A stretch of 64,000 bases of DNA, from NCBI RefSeq assembly GCF_030684315.1, contig NC_081370.1, positions 34,366,728 through 34,430,727 of the forward strand, read 5' to 3'. The notes beneath the pieces are model-generated. The model was not told where the DNA came from, did not search any database, and saw only the letters and a program-made list of their open reading frames with translations. The DNA comes from Stegostoma tigrinum. Taxonomy: Eukaryota. This document shows, piece after piece, positions 1 through 11,700 of the stretch; position 1 is the stretch's first letter, and every line of letters begins with the position of its first letter. A program made the position numbers and the translations under genes.

Positions 1-295
1 CCAATCCCAACATCACCATAAAACCCGCGGACAAGGGAGGCGCAGTTGTAGTATTGTGCCTGACCTCTACGTTACTGAGGCCAGGCATTAACTCTCCAAC
101 ACGTCCTCCTACTGCCCCCTTGATCATGACCCCACCCCCGAGCACCAAACCATCATCTCCCAAACCATCCACAACCTTATCACCTCAGGTGGCCTCCCTC
201 CCACAGCCTCTAAACTCATCATTCTCCAACCCCGCACCGTTTCACACCGTGTTATCTCAGATTCTCGAGCATCGGCAGCTCCAACTATCTCCGTA
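1..295 (+). mobile_element. Penelope-like element fragment
   Basis: Similar to 29205-29420 of the large element (IKPADKGGAVVV region), joined to a terminal-repeat piece. Confidence 0.75.
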
Positions 296-879
296 AGAAT
301 AGTTAGGTGGTTGTTTTTGACTGTCACAGAGTTGATGGGCCATGGTTCCTTTTTCTGTGCTGTTTACCTGTTTGACTATGTTTCCCCTGACTGAGTCTAA
401 AACCAGGGGAAATAATCTCAGGGTATGGTGGTGGCCATTTAAGATTGAGGTGAGGATGAATTTCTTCAATCCGAAGGAAGTGAATCTTTGAAATTCTTTC
501 CTACTGGGGTCTGGAAAGCTCAATCATTGAGTGTGTTCACGACAGCAATCAATAGATCTCCAGAGACAAATAATTGAAATGAACATGGAGATGGAACATG
601 GAAGTGGCGTTGAGGCAGATGATCACCTCTGACCAGAATGGAGTAGTTGAGCTGGCTTAACGAGCCGTATGGCCCGCTACTCTTATTACGTTCCACTATT
701 CTAATGGAGAAATCTTGCCACAATTGTATGAGGCATTGGTATGGTACATCTGGAATTTTGTGTGTAGGTTTGGTCTCCATGCTTAAGTGTGGACATTTTT
801 ACGTCAACCTGTTCAGATATGTTATGACATACATCTGGATGCTTGAACTCGTGCCTTCTGGCCCAGAGATAGGGACACT

Positions 880-1330
880 ATCAGAGCACCACAAATCCCT
901 TTTAAGGAAGGATGCACTTGCATCGGAGGCAACACACCAAAGGTTCATTAAGTTGACCACTAGGGTGAGAGGATTGTACATGGATGAGAAGATGAATTAA
1001 TTGAGACTCTGTTGTCTGGAGTTTAGAAGATCTCAAAAGAGATGATCTTAATGAAACATTCATGATTATAAAGGTTGTCAGGGTAGATACTGAGTTTGTT
1101 TTTCTGTCTGTCTCGGGAATCTAAAACTTGGGGTCAAAGTCTCACAAGTGAAAAGTTCATCATTTAGGATCGAAATGAAGAGAAATTTAGTTTGCTCAAA
1201 GGGATGTGACTTTTGGAATTCTCTGCCTCAGTTGGCATGTTGTCATTATTGAATTTATTTATAACAGACAGATTTTTGGTCTTAAGATCAGCCATGATTG
1301 TATTATATGGAGGAGATGGCTCAACAGACT
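880..1330 (+). mobile_element. Degenerate CR1-like LINE 3' fragment (another lies at ~400-680)
   Basis: Remnant 'RKDALASEATHQRFIKL' of the CR1 ORF2 C-terminus. Confidence 0.6.
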
Positions 1331-2438
1331 ACAGTTTTCCCCTAGTCCTATTTCTTACATTCTTACATTTAAAGAAATATTTATAATCCAAATAGTAATA
1401 AACTATGGTTCATTAAAATAAGTTCATTGTTTGTTTCTGGCCTGAGTATTTCGTATCTCTAAATTTTTCCAGGCCTTCAAGCCTTACCCAGAATTTTCAT
1501 TCTTCTGACCACCATATCCTAATATCCTGTGCTCCTCCATCTCACAATTCCTGAGTAATCTAAATGCTTAATTTTGGTATTTGTTCCATAAACAATTCTG
1601 TGTTAGCTCAGGTTTATTCACTCACGCCTCTGATTCAGAAGCTTGTAGCTTTAAGTTTCATTCCAGAATAGAAACAAAAAAGCTAAACAGCTCCCTCTCC
1701 AACATGCAGGGTACTGTGCTTTCAGAGGTGTGGTTTCTTGGATGAAACATTAAATGAAGATCCTACCTGTCTTCTCTGTTAAATGTGAAAGATTTCAAGG
1801 CTGTATTTCCGAGAAAGCGTTTACTCCTGGCCTCCTAGACAGTATTTATGGTTGCATCAACATCACAAAACCAGATTATCTAATCATTACCATATTGTTA
1901 ATGGGATCAGGCTATATCTAAATTAGCTGTAATGATTTCTACATTTCAATGTTTCACATTAAAATGCTTCAGTGGTTGTAAAAAGCTTTGCGATGACCTG
2001 ATTTTCTGAAGGGTGATGGATACATATAGTCTTTCTTTCACATTATTCTTATCTTTGGAGTTTTTATAAGGAGGGTACCAACATCTCCAAAGATAAGAAT
2101 AATGTGAAAAAAGCTGGAGTAGCTGATAAGAAAAATGAGGAGGGTACCTTGTCTTTTTCAGTTCCTCTGGCTTTTACTCATCTCTTCTTCCATTTCTTCG
2201 TTTGCTTGTAATTAATGGAGGATTTTGGAGTTTGAGGCTTTGGAGAACTTACTTAATTTACTTTAGATATAACTGTGCACCTCCTTGAAGAAATGTGGTA
2301 GATTAAATATATTATGGAAGCATGGAAAGCTTTTTGTTTTTAGCGCATATTTTTTGAGAATAATTTGGACCTAGATTTTTATGGTAAGAAATGTTTTTTC
2401 CCTGAATGACGTATTCTTACATTTGTCTTTTAATGTAG

Positions 2439-2759
2439 CTGAACCAGAGGTCCATTTGCCCACAGATGACATTGCTGTTCAGAATGGAACAGAGAGATCT
2501 GTGAGTTGTACTGTTAAAGGATTTTACCCTCAGAAACTTGATCTCACCTGGGAAAAGGAAACAACAAAGGGAATTGAGGAACTAAAAGATAATTTCTGCA
2601 CTGGTGCACTAATTTCCATGGATAATGGAACTTTCAGTGTTTCTAGCAGACTATGGATTGAGCCAACATTGAAAGATAATGGTAATGTATACAGGTGTAA
2701 TGTGAAACACCGCTCGCGCCCCGAAGGTATTATCAGCACAACTCGACTCACAGTTACAG
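2439..2759 (+). CDS. NCR3LG1-like: Gene A extracellular Ig C1 exon (321 nt)
   Basis: tgtag|CT..ACAG|gtatgt. Motifs SCTVKGFYP, LTW, NGTFSVSSRL and YRCNVKH, plus two NGT sequons. Confidence 0.95.
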
Positions 2760-5700
2760 GTATGTTCTCTTTGCAAGATATTTTTTACTCTGCTATTGTT
2801 AAAACACACACATTTAACGAATTTATGCCCTTTGTCTAATATTGAATTTCAACTGAAATATCCATCTGACTTAAATTAGGAGTTCATTCTTTTCCTAGTA
2901 CGCAACTAAATTATTTTTGCCTACAATAATGACTATTAAGAGTAACTAGATATGACATTTCAAAATCTCAGAATGTGATCCAACTGTACCCATGTTCAAA
3001 AGCTGTTAGAGTTACATGTGAATTGCTTTTAGAATCAGTTTTAATGATTTTTATGAAAATGCTAGCGAAAATAATTAAGTAGAGTTATGTTGAAGTTGAC
3101 TGTACAGTGCAGTCTGCTTATGTTCATATGGTTGATAGTGTCCAAACTAAATCGAAAATATTGGGGAAAAAATGAGAAAAGGTAAAGGGGAAAATAGGCA
3201 ATCATCGGTACACAAACCTGATTAATTATATTATCAGGTAGGTCTATGATTAATGTTGTAGTTCCATTCCTGACATCACTACTTTAGATGTAACAACTTG
3301 AATTTAACCATGGATTTCCATAGCACTCAGTGTTAAAGAGAGAGTTGGGTTCCTTTGGACACCTTTAGACTCCCAAAACATTTATTTGCCCAGAAAAACC
3401 AATATATTGAAATATTGTGCCATACACATGGTACACTGTGCATTCCGAGCCAAAAGAGTGTACAAAATAATGTAAATCACTGACTATAACAAGTACTGTG
3501 TAAATTCACATTTATTTATTTTAGTAAAGGGCCCCAGAATTGTTGAACTGTTTTATTTCTCCAGATGGGTTTATTTGCAACACTTCATGCCAAGTTTGGT
3601 ATTGGTGATACCAAATGAACATTAATGGTTTCAATCTAGATTCCTTAATTTCAAAACTGTCCAGTACAGTCTACTGGGGTGCAGCTCTGAAACAATAGTT
3701 TCAGTCATCATGTACGTAAATTATAACAGTGTTGATGTAACTTCATTTCCTTGATAATGAGTGTGACATTCTGTGATTATCCTCTCTACCCTAGAAGTTT
3801 TGTTTTCCTTCAAATGATACAAAAGTAGCTGGTGAGTACATACCATGAGGTCGGTGGATTCCTCAGCATGAGGACTGGGCTTTTTCTTTTCCTCTGATCA
3901 ACCTGTTTAGTTCATCTATGGTACACATCTAGAGTAAGTGGGAGATAAACTTGGGTCTCCTGGCTCAGGTGTAGACCCTACCACTGAATTGCCAGAGCTC
4001 CACATGAGCCATTTTTAACTTTTTTTAACTTCCTGCCCGAAGCCAGCGTGATTTTGTTTTCAAGGGAGGACATTAACTGTACAGGACTGTTATTTCAAAC
4101 TCTTTTAAAACTTTATTGTGTTTAATTATCTTAAATTATTGTTTAATACATCATAGCAAAGCTGTGACAGTTCGCATGGGGTAGTCTATTTTTTGTGGTA
4201 ATTTTAAATTCATTGCTTCTTTACTTGTGTTGCAAATTTCAGAGCCTGAGAGAGATTCTTCAGTTGGAACAGTTGTTTGGAGCGTATTTGGTACATTCAT
4301 TATTTGTGCAGCTTTATTGTTTATTGCATGGTTCTACTGGAGAAATAAAAAAGGTACCATATCCACTTGTGAATATATTATTCCTGTAATTCTTTTAGTT
4401 ACTTCTTGCATGTATTACCTATAGAAGTCCTTGTGCTCTTTAAGTCAAGTCCCCATAGTCTTCGGTCCGCCTCCCCCTCTCTCCCTATTTATTCCAGTTC
4501 CCTCTCCCCATCCCCCTCTCTGATGAAGGGTCTAGGCCCGAAACGTCAGCTTTTGTGCTCCTGAGATGCTGCTTGGCCTGCTGTGTTCATCCAGCCTCAC
4601 ATTTTATTATCTTGGAATTCTCCAGCATCTGCGGTTCCCATTATCTCTCTCCCCATAGTCTCGGATGACCATGCTCTCATTAGGGGGAGATTGACTGTTG
4701 GTGGATTAATCTGAGGGTCACCACACCTCAGAAGAGGGGAGTGGTTGAGAAAGAGGAGCTTTCATAGTAACTTAAGGCGATTCAGTAATTGAACCACACT
4801 GTTGGCATCCCATTGCATCACAAACCAGCTTTCAAGCCAACTGAGCTGTTTGTGCTCCTATTTTGGTGTAATATCAGAACTTGGAGCTTACGCTTTAGCT
4901 GCGATTGGCAATCCAGTCACAAATAGTTTTGTTAGTAGTTTTTCTATTCGAACACTCATTGCACATTCACATCATCGTTGATTCATTTCAGTTTTTTTTT
5001 CTAATTTACTCAGGCTTTGTGGATGTTGCTGTCTGAGCCAGCATTTATTGCCTATTTCTAGTTATTTTTGAACCACTGCAGCCCATTTAGTGCTAGTACA
5101 CCCACAATGCTGTTAGGGAAGAAAGTTCTTGGATTTTAGCCTGGCAACGGTAAAGGAGTGGTGAGAGATGCCCAAAGCTGAGTCGTGAGTGGCTTGGAGG
5201 GGGACTTGCAGGTGGTGATTTTCCCATGTATCTGCTGCCCTTGTTCTTCAAAATGGTAGTGATTGTGGATATCAAAGGCGCTGCCCAAGGATGATTGGTG
5301 AATTTCTGAAAGGTATCTTGTAGGTGGTGCCCACTACTGCTACTGAGTGCCTACAGTGGAGAGACTGAACGTTTGTAGATGTATTGCCAAGGCTGCTTGA
5401 TGTGGATCATGTCAAGATTCTGAAGGAGGTGGAGATAAATTGTCCACTTGGCACTTCTGGCTGAAAATGGCAGCAAATGCTTTACTTTTTTTTTTGCAAG
5501 GACTTGTTGGGCCCCAACTGTTGAGGATGGGGACATTTTCTGATCATTCTTCTTCCAGTGAGTGGATGTGGCAGGGCTGCAGAGCTTAGATCTGATCCAT
5601 TGTTTGTGGGATCACTTAGCTCTGTCTATTACTTGCTGCTTATGCTGTTTAGCATGAAGCTAGTCCTGTTCTGTAGCTTCACCAGCGTAATTCCTCATTT

Positions 5701-8700
5701 TAAGATGTGCTAGGTGCTGCTCCGGGCTTATCCTCCTGCACACTCCATTGAAGCCGAGGTGATCCCGTGGCTTGATGGTAATGGTAGAGCGGGGGTCAGG
5801 GTGGAGATATGCTGGGCTGTGGGTTGCAGGTTGTTTTGGAGTACAGTTCGGCTGCCGTTGATGGCCCACAATGCCTCACGGGTGCCCAGTCTTGAGTTGG
5901 TAGATCTGTTCAAAATCTGTTCCGTTTAGTGCGGTGATTGAGAATATCCTCAATAATGCACTATGTCTAGTAAGACTTTGTCTTCAAAGTCAATGCAGCG
6001 TTCACTCCTATGGATACAGTCATGGACAGAATGATCTGTGGCAGTCACATTGATGAGGATGACATCAACTATGCTTTTCCCATTTTTTGGTCCCCTTACC
6101 AACCATGCTGCAGACCCAGTCTGGCAACTATTTCCTTTAGGACTTGGCCAGCTCAGTTAGTGGAGCTGCTGCTGAGCCATTCTTAGCGATGGATGTCGAA
6201 GTCTCCCCACCCTGAATACATTATGTGCCTTTGCCACCCTCAATGCTTCCTTCAAATACCGTTCAAATGGATATATCCTGATGCATCAGTTCGGGTGGGG
6301 ATAGGGGATACAGGGTATGTGTTTGATCTGATGACATGAGTTACACGGACGTCAAGTCAATGTTGAGGAGACAAAGGGCAGCTCTGTTGTGACTATCTAC
6401 CATTGTGCTGCATGGGACAGGACATATTCAGGGATGGTGATGGTGCTGCCTGGGATGTTGTGTATGACTATGTAAGGTTGACTAGTCTGTGGGATAGTTC
6501 TCTCAATTTTGACACTAGCTTCCATGTGTTCATAAGGGGTGCTTTACAGGAATGACAAGTTTGTTGCTGTCATTTCCAGTGCTCTTGATAATGTCAGGCA
6601 TTCCATTCAGTTTAATTCCTTTTTACCTTTCTAGCAGTTAATATAGCTGAGTGTCTTGCTCGGCCATTTCAGAGGGCAGTTAAGAGTCAACTGCATTGCT
6701 TTGGGTCTGGAGTTGCATGTAGGCCAGACCAGGTAGTGACAGCAGTTTCCTCCCTCAAGGATATTAGTGAGCATGATGGGTTTTCCTGACAATTTCACTG
6801 TAATCCTTTGACTTTCAATTCCAAAATTTTAACAGTAGGATTTGAACCTCGGTTCCCAGAATATCACCTGAATCTCTGAATTAGTAATCCAGTGATAATA
6901 CTGCTGGGCCATCACCCTCCCACGTTCACATGTCTTCATAGAATCCCTACAGTGTGGAAACACGCTGTTTGGCCCAACAAGTCCACACTGACCCTTGGAG
7001 CATCCCACCCAGACCCACCCCCCCTAAACACTGTGGGCAATTTAGCATGGCCAATCCACCTAGCCTGCGCATCTTTCGACTTTGGGAGGAAACCGGACCA
7101 CCCAGAGGAAACCCACATAGACTTGGGGAGAATGTGCAAACTCCATACAGACAGTCGCCCAAGGTTGGAATCGAACCCAGGTCCCCAGTGCTCTGAGGCT
7201 GCCGTGCTAACCACTGAGCCACCATGCCTTCTACATTTGGTAATCAGGTATTGATTAAGAGCAATTTTTGTGTTTCTTTTCAAATTTTTCTTTTAATTAA
7301 ATTTATTTAAGCATAGTAAAGCTAAAATTATAATGTGGTTACAGTGCAGAAGGAGGCTGTTTGATTAGTTAAATCCACACTGGCTGTCTTTCAGAATAAC
7401 ACAGCTGGTTTAATTCTGTCTTTTCCCTGTTGCTCCCATAATCTCTTTTTCAAGTGCTTATAAATCAAATTGTCTTTTGCAAGACTTGATTGAATCCTTT
7501 TAAAGAAGTGCATTCCATCTCAAGAGCATTTGCTGCTTAAAAAGATTTGTCCTTATTTCGGCTGTGCTTTTTTTTTGCCATGAATTTTCACTCTTTGATT
7601 CTTGACCCCTCCACTAGTGGGAACAGCGTCCATCTGCCATGTTTGGACCCTCGTGATTTTAAATGGGGGCTGTATCGAATCTCTTTCTAACCTGCTCTGC
7701 TCTGACAAGGACAAGCCTAGCTTCTCCAATTTTTTTGATGTAATTGAAATCTTTCAGCCCTGGAACCATTCCTCACTTCTGTATCCTCTTAATAAAATGT
7801 GAAACTTCAGACTTCCCTGCATTATCTTTCTCAGCCACTCGCCCCACCTACCATTCCAGACTGCCGAAATCTTCTTGCAGTGTATCAGCAGCCTTGTCAC
7901 AGTGCACTAAATTGCTACATTGTATGTCGTCTAAGGTTTTTGAAATTTTTTTCCCATTCACCCAAGTCCAAGTCATTAATATGTCTCACATAAATCAGCA
8001 GTCTATAGTACAAATGCTTAAGAGCATTAGAATTAGGAACAGAGCCATTTGGCACCATATAGTTGATCTGATTGTACCTTTAACTCCACTGAATCCCTGA
8101 GAAACCCCATTGTATAATCTGGCTCCAGCCTGAGAAACAATCATTCGCTGCCTCTGCCTGTTTCCTGTCACTCAACCAATCTCATATCCACACTGCCAGC
8201 GTCCTGTTCATTTCAAGGGCTTCACATTTGCCGACAAGTTTATTAAGTGACGCTTCTTTGAAGACCTCTTGAACATCCACATAGATTGTACAACTACATT
8301 ACCTTCATCAATCCTCTCAGTTGTGCCTTCAAATTAAGCCTTGAGCAAAACTGTGCTGGCTTTCCTGAATACATTTATGCATGTTCAACTGATGGAGACT
8401 TGATTTTGAGAGAAAATTAACAAGGCTTCCACACCACTGAGGTTAAAAAGACAAGCTTTCGTCTGCTGGATTTATCCTCATTATTTTTTTTGAACAGGTT
8501 TTGTCATTCTTCAGTTCCCTGGCATCTCCCTCGTGTCCCTGGGAACAAAAGTACCCAGGCTGGTGCAGTTTTCTCACGCATATATACACTGTGGATTTCA
8601 AAATGAAAACAATTTAATCAGTGTCTTGGGCTAGCACTTATTGCCTATTTCTAGTTGCTCTTGAAAGGAGTGCAGTGGCCTACCTTCTTGAACTGCCGCA

Positions 8701-11700
8701 GTCCATTTGGTGCAGGTTACCCAATTTTTTAAAAAAATTTAGATGTATAGAGAACAATTTATTAGTTTTGTATGTGTGCAGTAGTCAGTTTCTTAGTAAT
8801 TTAAAAGAAAAATGATATTCAAAAGCTTTTAAATCTTGACTGCTGGTGTCCATGTATCTTCCAAAAAGGCTCATTTTGAGAGAAAAGTAAAATACTGCAG
8901 GTACTGAAAATATGAAATTATAAGCTGATAATGCTGGAAAACCTCAGCAGACCCAGCCGCGTTCTACTGAATGAATATTGACCAGAAGCATTGATTGTGT
9001 TTTCTCTCTATGGTTGCTGGTGCCCTACAGAGTTTTTATTACTCTTAATTTTAAGAAGCTCGTCAAAAGCTCGCAATTGGCCCAGTTAGTAGAGGTTGTA
9101 GTAATGATTAATTAAATCTTGGTATGCAACCAGCTTCTAGCACAAAAGACAGAATTTTTGCTTGCTACCTCTGAAATTAAGTGCTATGTGACAATGGCTA
9201 TTGGCAACTTTCTCTACTCAGCAGAGGTTAAGGACCTAAAGTAGTCTATTAATTGCCACTTGGGGGCATTACCCCACCAGTTCCTTGATCACCTACCTCC
9301 CCAGGAAGGAAGAACAGTGGCTAGTCTCCCAACTAGAAAACCGGGGTGACTGACCTGCCAGAGGGTCACCTCTGAAATTTCTCTGCCATTTGACAACAAC
9401 ATCCCCATCCCCCAAAGTCTTGCCAATTACCACCTCCTCCACAAATGTCCACATCTTGTGAGAAGACGATAAAAGACACAACTTCTCATTGCTGGATCAC
9501 CTACAGAACAGATTTTGACCAACAGACACTGGGACTCAGGGACTCTGCTGCTCTTGCTCAGTTCTTAATGAATTGATTCTATGGCAATAGGGTGAGTTAT
9601 CTCACTGGTGTAGGTGATGTGTAAGCTGCTACCTAACGTATTCCCTTTGAGATCAAAAGGGGAAAATCCCAGCCAAGGTTTCCATTGGATGTAATTTGCA
9701 TGTTTTTCATCTGTTGAGAAAAGATTGGATTGGATTGAGAAAAGACAGCGTAAACCTTTCTGAAACTCTCACTTATGTATCCTGGTGTTTGCTAATGTCA
9801 CTGGACTAGTAATCCAGAAGCCCAGGCTATTGCTTTGGTAAACATTAGTTCAAGTCCCATCACAGCAACTATTGCAGTTAAATTCAATTAATAAATCCAG
9901 AATTGAAAGTTACACGACTCCAGACGTGCGCCAGTTTACTTGAATCTCAACCGCTGTCTGAAATGACTGAACAAGTCCATCCATTCAAGGGAAATTCATA
10001 TGGGCAACAAGTGTTTGCTTTGCCAGTGACCTCCTCATCCTATGAAAGAATAATTTAAAAAAAACACAGTCATTGACTTGCATTTGCACTCTGCCTGCAG
10101 CCTAGCAAGGAAATGAAACAGAGTAAGCAAATAAGAACATTTCCATTGTTAAATTTTAATCTTCTTTATTAGTTCCTCCAGAAATTATTGAAATGAAACC
10201 CCCTTCCATCCTTCACCATTTGGAGGAAGATTTCATCGATTACCACGTCTCTGGATTTAGACCTTCGAAGATTCGCGTTGTTTTAATCTTGAAGAGGAGA
10301 GAGAATGGAAATGGAAAAAAAATTTTAGAATGGCACAGCACAGATGGGAATAATGTAAATAATGTACAAACAATGTGCCCAAATAATCAAGATGAAGTGC
10401 AGCTTTTTGTAAATAATTGTGAAGAGGATAGATCTTTTTCACCTTTGGAACCAACTTTATCCTGTAACAGTAATAGAACTTTCAAGTTAAAGGGCACAGT
10501 CAAAGTCTGTCCTGATGTGAAAAGTGATAATGGGGCTGAATTAATTCTTGAAGTTTATCATGATGCTGTTTCCCAAGTCAAGTCAATAGCCATAAGACTG
10601 GATGTTAAAGCAGGTAAACCATGTACACGTTTTTTTCACAATTTTATTTATGCTTCATGAATCCATTCTGTTTTTTTTTGTAAACTTGTGTATTTGTCCA
10701 TACAATGTAATTGTATTGTTAGTAGTGGTCGTGTAGTTTTGCCACCTGGAGTCTGTCTACATTATAGAAAATGCAATCTGTGATATTAGTATTTTCTTGT
10801 TCTTATTAATACGTGGAAATTCTTTCAGTTTCAAGAGATGACTTCTTTATTTTGTTTCCCTTTTCTAAAGTCCCGCCAAAAATTTCAAACATTGTGGTGC
10901 CACTTCGTGTCTGTCATAATGAGCCTGCAGCCTTGGTTTGTTCAATAATTGGATTTAAACCAAATTCTCTTCAAATCACATGGCAACAAATCAGGAAGGA
11001 TAATAAAGTGGAACTTGTTCGATTTCATCAGGGCAGGACTGTCTTTGCTACTAACAATGGTAACAAGTGCAAGTATCATCATCAAATCAGTGAAGTAGAA
11101 TATGAAGATAAATCCTATGGTCTTACCAGTGCCCTAGTTATTTTGCCAGCAATACCGCAAGACCAAGAAACAAGGTATATCTGTGAGGTACAACATGATG
11201 AGTCTTACACTATCAAGCAGAGAGATACAATTCTGCGAATTACAGGTATGTCATTCTTCTGACATCCCTTGTGTAGGAATATGGATTAAATGTGTTAACT
11301 GATGCTATTTTCTCATTTTTGTCTGTTAAAAGCCTACGGTATGTTTAATCTTTTCATTTCTTTTTCAGCCCCACCAAAATTGGACAGGATAGTGTGTAAT
11401 GTAGAAAAACCAGTTGCAGGAGAGTGCATAACTTTGCAGTGTCAAATACATTCTTTTTATCCTCCTGGAATAGTAATAACATGGTTGAAACAAGGTAAAA
11501 AAGTGACAGAAAAATTTGAACAAAGTGAGCCCACACTGGGAATTGATGGACTCTATCGCTTGACCACTAGTTTAAAGGTTACACTGAGCAGAACTGATGT
11601 TGGGAAGAAATATGCTTGCCAAGTAAGCCATGAAAGTCTAGAACAGCCATTGGAAGTTGACTGGAAGGTTGATCATTTCAGTAAGTAACTATTGTTAAAT

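Noticed and set aside
6938-7227. tRNA genes and the overlapping short ORFs
   Set aside because: The A and B boxes belong to SINE heads with no full cloverleaf, and the ORFs are repeat-derived.
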